DNA of 63,673 nucleotides, filler included, from Octopus bimaculoides (Eukaryota): the NCBI RefSeq assembly GCF_001194135.2. It is 9 parts of 9 records of this genome, joined end to end, with 100 filler letters (N's around TTAATTAATTAA, not from the genome) between each part and the next. Parts side by side here need not be neighbours in the genome. Positions count along the whole stretch, not along the records: positions 15,790 to 29,703 come from NC_068986.1; positions 29,804 to 46,937 come from NC_068993.1; 7 more parts are not named here. One strand, 5' to 3'. Below the pieces are notes generated by a model. That model was not told the origin of the DNA, did no database searches, and worked only from the letters and a program-made list of their open reading frames with translations. The position numbers were made by a program, and so were the translations under genes. Below, one piece after another: positions 25,615 through 38,239 of the stretch; the stretch's first letter is position 1; each line of letters opens with the position of its first letter.

Positions 25615-26317
25615 TGTATGCATATAGTTAGTACCAAAATGGAAATGAAAATAGAAATAGGGAAAGGAATTTCTATATTTCAGGGAAACCGTAGTAAAAG
25701 AAATATAAAAGCGGCAGAACANNNNNNNNNNNNNNNNNNNNNNNNNNNNNNNNNNNNNNNNNNNNNNNNNNNNNNNNNNNNNNNNNNNNNNNNNNNNNNN
25801 NNNNNNNNNNNNNNNNNNNNNNNNNNNNNNNNNNNNNNNNNNNNNNNNNNNNNNNNNNNNNNNNNNNNNNNNNNNNNNNNNNNNNNNNNNNNNNNNNNNN
25901 NNNNNNNNNNNNNNNNNNNNNNNNNNNNNNNNNNNNNNNNNNNNNNNNNNNNNNNNNNNNNNNNNNNNNNNNNNNNNNNNNNNNNNNNNNNNNNNNNNNN
26001 NNNNNNNNNNNNNNNNNNNNNNNNNNNNNNNNNNNNNNNNNNNNNNNNNNNNNNNNNNNNNNNNNNNNNNNNNNNNNNNNNNNNNNNNNNNNNNNNNNNN
26101 NNNNNNNNNNNNNNNNNNNNNNNNNNNNNNNNNNNNNNNNNNNNNNNNNNNNNNNNNNNNNNNNNNNNNNNNNNNNNNNNNNNNNNNNNNNNNNAACTAT
26201 TAAAAAGAAAGCATTAAAGATGAGTTTACTAATTCGAAAAACTTTCTAATTGGCATCAAAATTATTAATAATGGCAGTCATAAACAATAAAAAATAGTTA
26301 GAAATTTGATAATAATA

Positions 26318-26374
26318 GAGGCGCAGGAGTGGCTGTGTGGTAAGTAGCTTGCTTACCAGCCACATGGTTCCGGG
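26318..26374 (+). mobile_element. SINE family C, first 57 bp only
   Basis: gaggcgcaggagtggctgtgtggtaagtagcttgcttaccagccacatggttccggg then abrupt end. Confidence 0.8.
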
Positions 26375-26637
26375 AAAATAAAAATACTCGGTATGATGAA
26401 CGAGCGCACTGGAAAACTGCTTCTGAAGGTTGGTCCTCTAGTTTTTGTCAAAACGTCCATCTGGGAAAGATATGGATATGTTTATTTAAATGTGGTGAGA
26501 GCAACCTACCTGCGTTGCCCTGCTGTCTTATGGGTGAGCACAGAAAGACGAATGCTGCATTCTCTGATACTGCAATGTTTTAAGGTGTATAGTAATCAAA
26601 GGACTCACGAGTAAACGCGAAGAGGGATTTGGATATA

Positions 26638-26957
26638 CTACTGGCACTCAGTTGGTTGCGACGATGAGGGTATCAGTTGATCCGATCAATGAAACAGCTT
26701 GCTTGTGACATTAACGTGCATATGGCTGAGCACTCCACAGACACGTGTACCCTTAACGTAGTTCTCAGGGATATTCAGCGTGACACAGAGTGTGACAAGG
26801 CTGGCCATTTGAAGTGCAAGTACTGATATAATTTTTGCTAGCTGAGTGGACTGAAATAAAGTTTCTTGTTCAAGGCCACAACACGTTGCCGGAAATTGAA
26901 CTCACGAACTTGCGATCGTGAGACGAAAACCCTAGCCACTAAGTCACGCGCCTTCAC
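26638..26957 (-). mobile_element. tRNA-derived SINE, family B
   Basis: tRNA-like head, tail shared with family A; perfect 12-bp TSD gatttggatata (26626-26637, 26958-26969). Confidence 0.9.
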
Positions 26958-27232
26958 GATTTGGATATAGAGGTCCACAGTTCAAAAGAGATTATTGCTA
27001 TGTTGTAATTCGTTGAACCGCCATATGCAGCCAAGCGTACCTGTAGTTATATATATACACCATATATATATATTTTACTTCGATTACAGCAGAAAACTTC
27101 AATCGAAGAACAAGTGCAAAAAAATAATAATGCAAGATATTCGGCATGAACGTGACACAAACAAATCGAAAAATCTGGTCTTCGCTGACTCGACAGTGCT
27201 GATAATGATGCACGATAAGAGTGTGTGATTTC

Positions 27233-27297
<65 letters not shown>

Positions 27298-27801
27298 TAT
27301 GTATCTATGTATGTGTGTGTGTGCCTGTATATATGTGTATATATGCATATATATTCACATATGATATAATGCAATATATTATTGTGTAATATAGTAGATA
27401 TTTAAGATCTCATGTGGCTACAGCCTGTTTCATGTGGTAGTGCAATAGTTACATAATGCATGTGATCTCGACTACTGACTGTATTACATTAAAGTTAACC
27501 AATCTGATTGTGGATATTTTTAGTGTTTTGTAAATGTTAAACTCATTTCTCCCTGCATATGTAATATAGTGTAGTATAAAGTACTTATTTAGGTATGTAT
27601 GTGTGTGTGTGTGATATGTATATATATGTGTGTGTGTGTGTGTGTGGTGTGTGTGTGTGTGTGTGTATGTATATAATATATATAATATATATACACGTGC
27701 GTATATGTATGTGTCAATATACATATATCAACACATGTATATGCATCTATCTATCTATCTATCTATCTATCTACCTATCTATCTATCTATCTATCTATCT
27801 T

Positions 27802-27874
<73 letters not shown>

Positions 27875-28604
27875 TTATGTATATAAATACACAAATATAG
27901 TTGTATTTGTATGCTATGTACATAAAAACAGGTGATATGTATATGCGAATATGCAGCCTTGTCCGTGTGTATATCTATACTTATGTGTGTGTGCGTGTGT
28001 TTGTGTGTGAAAGAGGGAGAAAGTTTGTGTATTTCTAGTGTCAGTGAAAAAGAGTTGACAAAAATAATTTCACTTAGGTGAAACAAAAAGAAAACAAAAA
28101 ACAAAAAAGAAACAAAAATAACAAAAAAACTAAACACCACCACCACCACCACGTACGCATCAACAGCAAAAATCGAATAAACAAGAAATGTTCCAAAAAA
28201 AACGTAGCAGTTTGGGTAGTAGGTTGGATAGAATGACAGCGAAAGAGAAAGAAAAAATTGAACCAAAGAAATAAAACGAAATAAAAACCTGTGGAATGAA
28301 AGACCAAAACTAGAAGAGACCATTTACTTGATGGTTTAGAAAGTTATTGAGGGAACTAATTCTGGCCTGCAAGCTTTCTACTTTCATTTTATTCCAATTG
28401 AGAAGGTTGTTTTTTCTTTCCCCTAGAACATATATCTGAATTTTCATATTTTTTTAGTTTTCGTTTATTTAACTATTTATTTTGGTATTATGGCTTTTAT
28501 ATACATTATGCAGATCTCCGTCTTTGTCGACGATGACTATTCCAGTTGTTTGATATACTTAATTTAGTTACTCATTGAATCATGGCGTATGTGGCTAAAG
28601 CTAT

Positions 28605-29010
28605 AGGCTCAGGCATGACTGTTATGGGTAAGAAGCCCGTTTTGCATCCATGTGGTTACAGGTTCAGTCCCACTGATCCTTAGGCTTTGGATCGAATAAT
28701 GACTCGTGTGTGGACTTCCTAGACGGAAACTGAGTGGAAATCCATCGTATATATGTGTGTGTGTGTGTGTACATTTATTTATTTATTTATTTTTTGGGGG
28801 GTACTCCTGTTTGACCCGTCCGCCACCGATTGAGAACCGCTGTTAGTTTCTTTGCGTCCCTGTAATTTAGGGGTTCGGCAAAAAAGACCGATAGAATAAA
28901 TACCAAATTTGATATTATGTGCTGGGGTAGTTGTGTTTGACTAAAATCCTTGAAAGTGGTGCCCAAGCATGGCCGCAGTCCAATGACTGAAACAAGTAAC
29001 CGATAAAAAC
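28605..29010 (+). mobile_element. Apparently full-length C+D SINE with internal (TA/TG)n microsatellite
   Basis: C head 28605-28754, (TG)n/T-rich linker, D tail 28805-29010, contiguous and co-oriented. Confidence 0.65.
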
Positions 29011-29051
29011 TTTAAGATAATTACTTAAGACTGCACCTAATTACAGATGTA

Positions 29052-29381
29052 GTGCAAAAGCGCGTGGCTTAGTGGTTAGAGTATTCGACTCACGATCGTA
29101 AGGTCGTGAGTTCGATTCCCGGCGATGCATTATGTCCTTGAGTAAGACATTTTATTTCATATTGCTCCAGCCTACTCAGCTGGCAAAAATGAGTAGCACC
29201 TGTATTTCTAAGGGTCAGCCTTGTCGCAGTCTGTATCATGCTGAATCTCTTTGAAAAGAACGTTAAGGTTACGCATATCTGTGGAGTACTCAGCCACTTG
29301 TAAGTTAATTTCACGAGCAGGTTGTTCTGTTGATCGAATCGATTGGAACCCTCGTCGTCGCAACCCACGGAGTGCCACTAC
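29052..29381 (+). mobile_element. tRNA-derived SINE, family B
   Basis: A box tggcttagtgg, B box gagttcgattcc, central gtccttgagtaagaca..ctcagctg, family A/B tail. Confidence 0.88.
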
Positions 29382-29703
29382 GGGTAGAGTCCAACCAACG
29401 AGCTGTTTTATACAGTTTCCATCTCTCCAATTTCGTAGAAAAGGTTAGGAAAGACTTTGTAGTATGATAAAAAAAAATTGCTCAAGATGCCATATTGTGT
29501 GATCGAAACTGGGCCCTCGTTATTTTGAAGCGAATTTCGTTAACCACTCAACTATACACCCTTCTCATTTAGACACACGACGAGCGTACACACTCACATA
29601 TACACAACACACACAAAGCAATCATAAGCACGTGTATATATGTATATATATGTAGGTGTGTGTATTGATTATATATATATATATATATATCTATGTATAT
29701 ATA

Positions 29704-29803
29704 NNNNNNNNNNNNNNNNNNNNNNNNNNNNNNNNNNNNNNNNNNNNTTAATTAATTAANNNNNNNNNNNNNNNNNNNNNNNNNNNNNNNNNNNNNNNNN
29801 NNN
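29704..29803. other. Artificial 100-bp scaffold spacer
   Basis: 44 N + TTAATTAATTAA + 44 N. Confidence 0.95.
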
Positions 29804-29804
29804 C

Positions 29805-30284
29805 GTGATCGTTTGTGCAATTTTGCTTGTGATAGAACCTAAATGTGTGAAAAGAGCGGTGGTTGCAGTTGCTAAACGCTTCGTTATATCGATTAAGTAG
29901 AGTGGGAGAATTGTATTTTAAAATATGGAACGCCTCCGTTAGGCAAAGCTTGCAATTGGAGCGCTGGCCCTGGTATGGAGTTCCAGAATCTAAGATGGAC
30001 CATTTTAAGGTGTATTGGATATTTTTCTTTTTGAGGTTATGAATATGATTGGCTAATGTTGTAGATTTACTGTGTTTGTCGTATCTAAAAGAGTGCATAT
30101 GTGCTGCGTAGCGATGTTTAAAATTTTTAGTTGCACCAATGTATGTAGCAGTAGAGTTATGTAATAGATTTTTAACGGTGCATTTATATATTACATTGTA
30201 TCTTACGCAATGTGTTTGAAGCGGACAGATAGTCCCGGAGCGACAGTTACAAGTGTAGGAGGCTAGATACGAATAAGACCAGAG
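29805..30284 (-). mobile_element. Penelope-like (Naiad-like) GIY-YIG endonuclease domain, open frame of 160 codons
   Basis: CNCRSGTICPLQTHC..VIYKCTV..TYIGATKNFKHRYAAHMHSF..STTLANHIHNLK..KWSIL..CKLCLTEAFHI..LLN..SNCNH: Cys-rich linker, GIY-YIG and CCHH-like motifs; runs into spacer. Confidence 0.85.
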
Positions 30285-31393
30285 TTAGCCCCCTTTTCAT
30301 CTAAATTTAGGTTTGCTCCCCTGTACTAACACCGCCGGTGCTATAAATATAAATATACGACGCATCCCTCAATCATAAAATCACGCGGAGATACATTTGA
30401 TTAAAACCGGAATAATGAGCTTAAATAACACCCATCGTACATCCCCTTACAGGAAGACCAACAAAACTTCAACTAAAACGTAAGGCTTTCTTTACCTATC
30501 GCTATTATTATACCACCATATATATTAATATACCCACTAATCACTTCTCCTACATCCCTCACACCACGAACTCTTAACATACTCCTCAACATTCTGAAGA
30601 GATCTGCCAAACCATTGGCTAGATTGAAACGTACGTAAATGACTATTACATAACATCCACAATGACTCACTGCATAACCTCAACCTCCACAATGACTCAT
30701 TACATAACCTCCACATAATAAAACAACAGCTAACTAGCCCAACAGAATTGCTTCTTCTTGTNNNNNNNNNNNNNNNNNNNNNNNNNNNNNNNNNNNNNNN
30801 NNNNNNNNNNNNNNNNNNNNNNNNNNNNNNNNNNNNNNNNNNNNNNNNNNNNNNNNNNNNNNNNNNNNNNNNNNNNNNNNNNNNNNNNNNNNNNNNNNNN
30901 NNNNNNNNNNNNNNNNNNNNNNNNNNNNNNNNNNNNNNNNNNNNNNNNNNNNNNNNNNNNNNNNNNNNNNNNNNNNNNNNNNNNNNNNNNNNNNNNNNNN
31001 NNNNNNNNNNNNNNNNNNNNNNNNNNNNNNNNNNNNNNNNNNNNNNNNNNNNNNNNNNNNNNNNNNNNNNNNNNNNNNNNNNNNNNNNNNNNNNNNNNNN
31101 NNNNNNNNNNNNNNNNNNNNNNNNNNNNNNNNNNNNNNNNNNNNNNNNNNNNNNNNNNNNNNNNNNNNNNNNNNNNNNNNNNNNNNNNNNNNNNNNNNNN
31201 NNNNNNNNNNNNNNNNNNNNNNNNNNNNNNNNNNNNNNNNNNNNNNNNNNNNNNNNNNNNNNNNNNNNNNNNNTATTTCCCTTCTTCGGCGTTCGACAGC
31301 TGATGACCTTGGTGAGAGAGAAAAACCTGGCAAAATCTTATATCTTCTTTTCCAGTGACATTCTTCACTGATATTGAAAAGGTGAAAACAAGC

Positions 31394-31642
31394 AATGTTA
31401 ATTCTCTAAATGAAGTATTAACAGTAACTGCACGATAAAGTGTAGTATATTGCCACTTAAGTGTGGCTGACCCCTAGGGGTGGATGTTACTGTTGCTTTT
31501 AGCCCCAGGAGGACATCTCCTCCAGCTGGCTTATCGACACACGACTGTGTCCTGTTTGCCAAGGGAGTTATCCCTCTCACCACGACCAGCAGCACGAACG
31601 TATCCGGATTTCAGGGTTATTTCCCTTCTTCGGCGTTCGACA
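31394..31642. repeat. Unclassified interspersed repeat (family G)
   Basis: 5' part recurs at 56524-56599; last 25 bp tatttcccttcttcggcgttcgaca recur exactly at 31274-31298. Confidence 0.7.
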
Positions 31643-31695
31643 TATATATACATCTATATGTATACACACACATGTATATAGACATATATAGATAT

Positions 31696-31866
31696 AGGCG
31701 CAAAAGTGGCTGTGTTGTAGGTAGTTTTCTTACCAACCACATGGTTACGGGTTCAGTCCCACTGCGTGGCACCTTCGACAAGTGTTTTCTACTATAGCCT
31801 TGGACTGATCAAAGCCTTGTCAGTGGATTTGGTAGACGGAAACTGAAAGAAGCCCGTCGTATATAT
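31696..31866 (+). mobile_element. SINE family C head module
   Basis: tRNA-like head with gggttcagtccc, then ccttcgacaagtgtt (CORE-like by recall), ends gaagcccgtcgtatatatg. Confidence 0.88.
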
Positions 31867-31999
31867 GTAAAGATATATGTATGTATATATACCTACATAC
31901 ATATGTATACTAGACTACCCGTGACCCGTTCGTTCACCTGGAAAGTCTAAGTTTCCCAGCAACGGAGTTTTGATTCATGTTTTTCTTTCCCTTTTCCAG

Positions 32000-32114
32000 G
32001 TTATTTCGCATGTTTCAACGAACCTGACATAGGAATCACGTGTAAACGGCTCCTTTCCACAGAAAAGGAAGGATTTGGCTGCTATTTCCTGCACGCCCTT
32101 CTACCAAACATCAG
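32000..32114 (+). CDS. Candidate internal exon, product unidentified (may be repeat-derived)
   Basis: Acceptor ttttctttcccttttccag, donor CAG|gtaatc, only one open frame: (G)YFACFNEPDIGITCKRLLSTEKEGFGCYFLHALLPNI; but contains the family F core. Confidence 0.3.
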
Positions 32115-32409
32115 GTAATCGGGTCGTTTATCGCAAATAGCTGTTACGCGGTAGTAGTGCTTGCTAGAAATAGTAGCCAAATCGTTGGAGCTGAGATGCG
32201 TTGAACACACTTGAAAAAAGTTTTGTAATTGTATTCCCTTTGAGTGATCTTTCCCTGTGACACTCAAAACTGTTGCTTTGACTCTGAGAACTGTCATCCG
32301 AATCACCTAGTTTTGTACGTTAATATCCGTAAAAGATATTTATTTACTTTTGTTTAAAGTGAAAGAGAGGAGAATGGGAAAGATGTATGAACGTGTATAT
32401 GAAATGAAC

Positions 32410-32448
<39 letters not shown>

Positions 32449-33098
32449 TGCCATACATGAGAACACGCACGTTCAATCACTCTCTCTCTGTCTCTTTCAC
32501 ACACACTCACATGCGCACATGCATACAGAAAATATGTACGTATATGTATTGCTGTATGTACGTATAGATGACAACACGCCCCTTCACTTACTCTCTCTTT
32601 CTCTCTTTTCCTTTCTTCCCCTCTCTCTCTCTCTCTCTCTTTCTCTTTCACACACACACACACACACATACACACATGTCCATTTCATATACACGTACAT
32701 ACATCTTTGACTTTCTCCTCTCCTTCACTTTAAAACAAAAGCAAATGTATAAAAACGTTTTTTGGAAATAAACGACTTGAAAATAAATTTAAAAATCATT
32801 AAAATATTGTCTGTTTAAAGAAAGCTAAGATATAAATACTGTACAAACAACTTACATTTTTGAAATCACATACAGTTAAAAATATTTCGAAACGATTAAA
32901 ATATTGTGTACATCAAAAAGTCGTCTTCGTTTTCTTAGAGAACACGAACATTATGTGTATGTATATGTCACAGATAACGGACGTGTGTTTGTGATGATTG
33001 ACACGCCATGACATTTTGTATGTGTGTATATTCTGTATGTGTGTTGATGTCACGAGTAATCGAAAACATTTTGTTTACTCGATTTCATTAATAAATAG

Positions 33099-33141
33099 AG
33101 ATACAAATTTCACAAAGATTTGTTGTACTGCACTGCCGAAG
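33099..33141 (+). CDS. Candidate 43-nt exon
   Basis: tag acceptor, strong donor AAG|gtaagt; phase-compatible with 32000-32114 giving RDTNFTKICCTALPK. Confidence 0.22.
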
Positions 33142-34523
33142 GTAAGTATGAAAATAAATATGCAAGCAAACAAGTTGAAATATACTGTTTCTGAGATATT
33201 TCGGGTTGACACAAACATCCCTAGAGACTTAATATTATTAAGATGTGCGCATGTGTGTGTGTGGAGGTGTGCGTATGTGTGTGCAAAGAAATAAAATGCA
33301 AGATGTGTGAGGCATCTGAAAAGATACAAAATGTTGTGCAAATAATCCCATGAAAAATTTACAACAGTAGATCTTGTCAACTCCAAAGAACTGAAGCTAA
33401 TGCAGAACCAGAGAGCTATCGAGAACCCTGGCAGCACAGGGTGCCTCGCTAGATTTAGCCATTGACCGGTGAGAAGTCTTATACTAGATTGTTTTGCGTA
33501 ATATGATTCCAATTTCGTTTTTGATCTTAAGTCCTGTAAGAGATTTTCGCATTTATGTTACTATTTTCATCATATTCCGCTTCAATAGTCACAACACTTC
33601 TTTTTTTATTGTACACGATTAATGATAGTTAAGATTGGAAACATGTTTCTTCAGAGGCTCTCACTGATATTTTTGTGTGTAGATTATTATTGTGAAGCGT
33701 ATAAAACTTTAGTGGAATGATGCAATTTTCAAAATTTGTTGGAGCATTAAATCAATGTTGGAAGTTTAATTGTTTCCTTGCCGAAAGCTGCGGTGGGATT
33801 TTCTTTGGCGGGTGATATATAAGCCATCGAAATCTCATAAGACTGACATTTAAATTCCAAGTGTATGATCGGAATAGTGGAACACTGTTAGAAGAAAACC
33901 ATACTTAAAATGAACGAGTGATTATATCGTTTGAAAAAAAAATCGATGGAACCTTCTCATTTTAATGCGTGATATTTCTAAAAATACTAGATCCTCATTC
34001 GTTAAAGTGTACCATTTGTAATTACGAAGGGATTCGTTTGTACAACAATAGAGATATGAACAAAAAAATGATTAATATGAACAATAAAGACTAAATCATT
34101 ATTGTGAAATTAATTAGATAACATTATTTTTAGGATACTGACTCAAATGATACTTCTTACGTTTTTTTGTGATTGTTTCTCGTCTGTTTTTTTTTATTGC
34201 TTTTAGAAAATTACTGGGGTGTGGGTGACTATCAGAATTAACAAAGCGATGAACACTTTCGGTTTTAAGATCAAAATTAATATTGTTAATTTAACCCTTT
34301 GTCTATCTGAGATAAATAAAATAAACATTCTACGTATATATTGTAGTTCATTTCACAATCAAGGCATCTGGAAAAAAAAGCAGCGTTTGTTCTAATACAA
34401 ATAATTGCTTTCGTTCTTTTTTTAATGGGTTCTTCGTAATAACTATTCTGTAATTTTCTTTTGATATTCACTAATCCTTTTGTTCTTTTGAATATATTTC
34501 TACAAAAACAACAACAGCAACAA

Positions 34524-34527
<4 letters not shown>

Positions 34528-34595
<68 letters not shown>

Positions 34596-34605
34596 TTACT
34601 ACTAC
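34528..34605. repeat. (CTA)n microsatellite
   Basis: Direct reading. Confidence 0.95.
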
Positions 34606-35499
34606 TGTTCTTCTTCTTCCTTTTGCTGCTGCTACAGCTAATACCATAATTGCGGCTACTACGTGATATATTATGGCTGAAATTTCACATTAGGAAAATG
34701 ACCTTCATTCCAGTCGCGTAGAATGGATGCTAGAAGGAAACATGACAGTACAGATCCGTTAATAATCCACAAAACTTTAAATGAAGATTCGAGATTGATG
34801 AAGAAGTTTCTGAACATTTTGTAATATTACATGCCAGAAAGTATTAGCCATGTCACCTGCATGCCTGCAATGGTGAATAGGGACGTACCAAATGCGCTAA
34901 ATCAACCTTGAAGACAGAATTTAAGAGTTATAAAATCATGGCACTTCAATTGATATAAGATAATTAGACCAATCAGAGACGTAGAAATCGGTAGAAGTCA
35001 ATGTAGGAAAAAAAAAGTTGGACGCTAAACGAAGTAGCAAGACCACAATGAAAAATATCACTCGACACTGTATCGAGCACAGAAGTATATAAATCGAGGC
35101 CTCAATCAAATGTAATGCAAAAATAGGTGAAACATTTAACAGAAATTAGTCGCTCAATTTTTACAAGGTGTTAAAGTAACCTTTTCTCCATGGTACCAAT
35201 TCTTTTTAGTATTTTTCATATAGGCAAATTTATTGTTTTCAAGCGCAATCAACGTACTTCGTTTGCGTTCTTGACATAGGAGGTATGTTGGCTTTTCGGT
35301 TTCTATGAAAGCTAGAGGCTTCTTATAGGGACAACAATACTGACAAGACTTATGGTATAGATGTGAGATGTGAAGTTTAAGGAAGATAAACCACTGACGT
35401 GAATCACAAGGAAGTAGATAAATTTATTCATGCTGGCAGACATGACAAGCTGTGTGCTTGCTGCAGAATTGCATTGGAGTCACAATAGATTACAGAAGA

Positions 35500-35900
35500 T
35501 GGAAAAAGACTGGTTTCGGGAAGTGTATGCAATGTGAGTTCTCCGGCACCTGACCACCGAGTGAAAGTATTTAAATCAGTGTCATATTTGTCAGTGAAAT
35601 GACGGACGGGCAGGAGCTAACGCTTGCTACATAAATTCATAGTGATATTTTTTGCACAGAACACGGGCGTCATTCTCATTGATTTTCTAGAACACGGTTG
35701 CACGATGAACTACGAGCAGTGTGCTAAGACACAAATAAAGATTAGAAAAGCTATTAAGATGTGCTAACTAAAGAAGGATCTGAAAACCGTATATTCATCA
35801 CGACAATGCGTTGCTACATATGGTTTAGCCAGTAAATCAAGCAATCGGAAGTTTGGGATGGTCAATATAACAGTCTGGTAACAGTCAGAAACAAGAGTCC
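35500..35900 (+). pseudogene. Highly decayed mariner transposase
   Basis: NTGVILIDFLEHGCTMNYEQCAKTQIKIRKAIK from 35660 and IHHDNALLH at ~35793 match GVILIDFL..G.TIN and LHDNARPH motifs. Confidence 0.55.
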
Positions 35901-38239
35901 TAGTATTCCACATGTTTACTCTAATAAAAGATAATCTTTTTGAGAAAACTGTTTGATGAATCAGTTATCAAAGCTGCTGCGAAGACGCTGATGAGGACGT
36001 TTTCTGGGAGACAGAAACATCCACTAGTATTAACAGCTATTAATCATAAACCAGCAAACTATCGGACACAATGATTACATTTCAACTTGAACAGAAATGA
36101 ATCTTCCTGCATAAAATTCCCTTGCAGTATGTATCTTACAATTATCTACCATTTTCATTTATGACATTTCTAGTTCGTCTAATAATTACAAATTGAACTT
36201 TGCAAGTATTTTTGAATTGCAAATTCTCCCATGACGAGAGTCTGAAGCGGCCATGAGCTTATTTAACACCTTATTTTAACTACAATGATAAAAATTATTA
36301 AAGTTCTATTTGCTTCGAAAGAATTCACAATAAACTGTTAACAACCTATTTATTTATGTGATAAATTCTGACCTTTTTTGAAAGATATAAGCTGAATGAA
36401 TTGTAGTGATAATAGTTACGTATAATGTTCTTGCCGAAATAAACTACTGTAAATTTTCAATTCGTTAATAATTTTAGTGTCAGTCTTATAACAGTTATAG
36501 AGAAATGTTATACGTATGCTATGGTATGAGTATAGCATAAGAATTCAAATTTAATCATCTTCCTCACCTCTAAAATATTTTTTCCTTAGTTTTTAAAATA
36601 TGGATTAGAGTCAAATTAAATATCAATGACATGAGATAGAGAGAAAATATGATACTGAGCTATGTGACTTAATGTACTCATAATATTTCTTTCACGTTTA
36701 GTGCATCGCCAATGAATCGAGATAATTAGGAATTATGCTATTAACTGCTACATCAACGGGGAAGGAAAGACACAAATAGTCCCATATTCAGGGATGTCAG
36801 CTGTTGATGTGCAACGTAGTAATGTAATGAAGTGTTGACAAAGAAAAACAAAACTTCGTTAGACATAATTCATGAAATAAACAGAAATTACAGAATTGTT
36901 TTGTTTTCCCGTAGAATTCAATTAACTGTAAAAGAAAGCAACAACAACAATAAAACAAGAACAATAACCAGAACAAGCCATCAGCTAAAATATCAACAAT
37001 AAAGAAGGCATAGAAAAACAGAGATAGCTCAAATTTGTTTAAAACATGTGATTCTATTAATAATGATTTTATAAAGTTACCTTATTGATTATCAAAAAAA
37101 CAATAAAAATGTTATGATTGCTAATTTAAAACAGGTTTTTCAACTAATCATAACAAGTTCGGTATCAAAACATTGTGGACCACAATAGTTTTCATTTTTT
37201 TGTATCTACTTTTCGTCCCTCCAACCACATGATTTTGTTTAAATTGATGTCTGCGTTTATTTGTAAAGAAGGAATAGAAATGTTACATTGTTTGCAGAGA
37301 GAAAAAACTTACTTTGTGAGTGTGGAAAATTATATAAATTTATTGTTATTTGCGTTTATCAGTAAATTTAAATATTTTAAAAACAATTAGCGTTTTACTG
37401 TGATTATTGTCACTAGTATCATTTCTTTTGTTCCTTTCATACACAATCTACTCTTATTTCATGGTAAGTGTAAGAAGATATATACATACACACGCACGCA
37501 CACACACATACATACATACATACATACATACATAATACAAAAGTATATACAAACATACATACATATATGCATGCATGCAGATACTCTTAAATATATGTGC
37601 CTGTAGATGTATGTATCTGTTGGAAATAAAGAAAACATATGATAGCTAGAATTAGGTTGTAAAAATCAGTGAACGATGTTATGGAAATGTATCTCGTTTG
37701 TTATTGCAGAGAATAAAAACCAATTTTATTGTGAATTTTCCTCACTACAATATATTCTTTCTACCTTGAGCTAACCCAGCATGAAGTAAATGGGGAAAAA
37801 CATACGAATCACGCATAAAGAAATTTAAGTAAATCAGTAAATTAGTTCAGTGTTTTGTATATTTATACATTTACCACATACTGGGAGATGTCGCTGTAAA
37901 GAACAGTTTGCAACCATATCATTTTTCTTTCTATGAATGTAGTATGAGTCCAGGTGGTACAAAAAAAGTATGTTAGTACCTTCATATATGTATGTTGATA
38001 CGCAAGGTAAATCAAATCATTATGCGAATAATTTGTTTATATTATATTTATATTATGTACAATTTCATGAATCCTAAAACAAGTATTCTGTCAGTGAAAG
38101 TTCATTCAGATGTTTTATTAGTGTTTAGTAATCGATTAGAATTTAATTTCATGTTTTATTTATTTACGATACTGCACATTAAGCACAATTATCCAATTAC
38201 ATCAGTTAATATGATATCCCGAAGTTAGAGAATTAGTGG

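Noticed and set aside
30225-30255. Selenocysteine (TGA) in the Naiad CxC motif, as reported for some Naiads
   Set aside because: All Cys codons in CNCR..CPL..C are TGT/TGC; no in-frame TGA
31300-31330. CTGATGA..GAAA hammerhead-like text (also at ~35988)
   Set aside because: No closing stem II pair before GAAA and no stem III
32002-32030. FNEPD as a clan GH-A glycosidase acid/base motif
   Set aside because: Five-residue match only; region overlaps an old repeat
33388-33470. Exon-like segment VDLVNSKELKLMQNQRAIENPG
   Set aside because: All frames hit a stop before the good donor (CCG|gtgaga)
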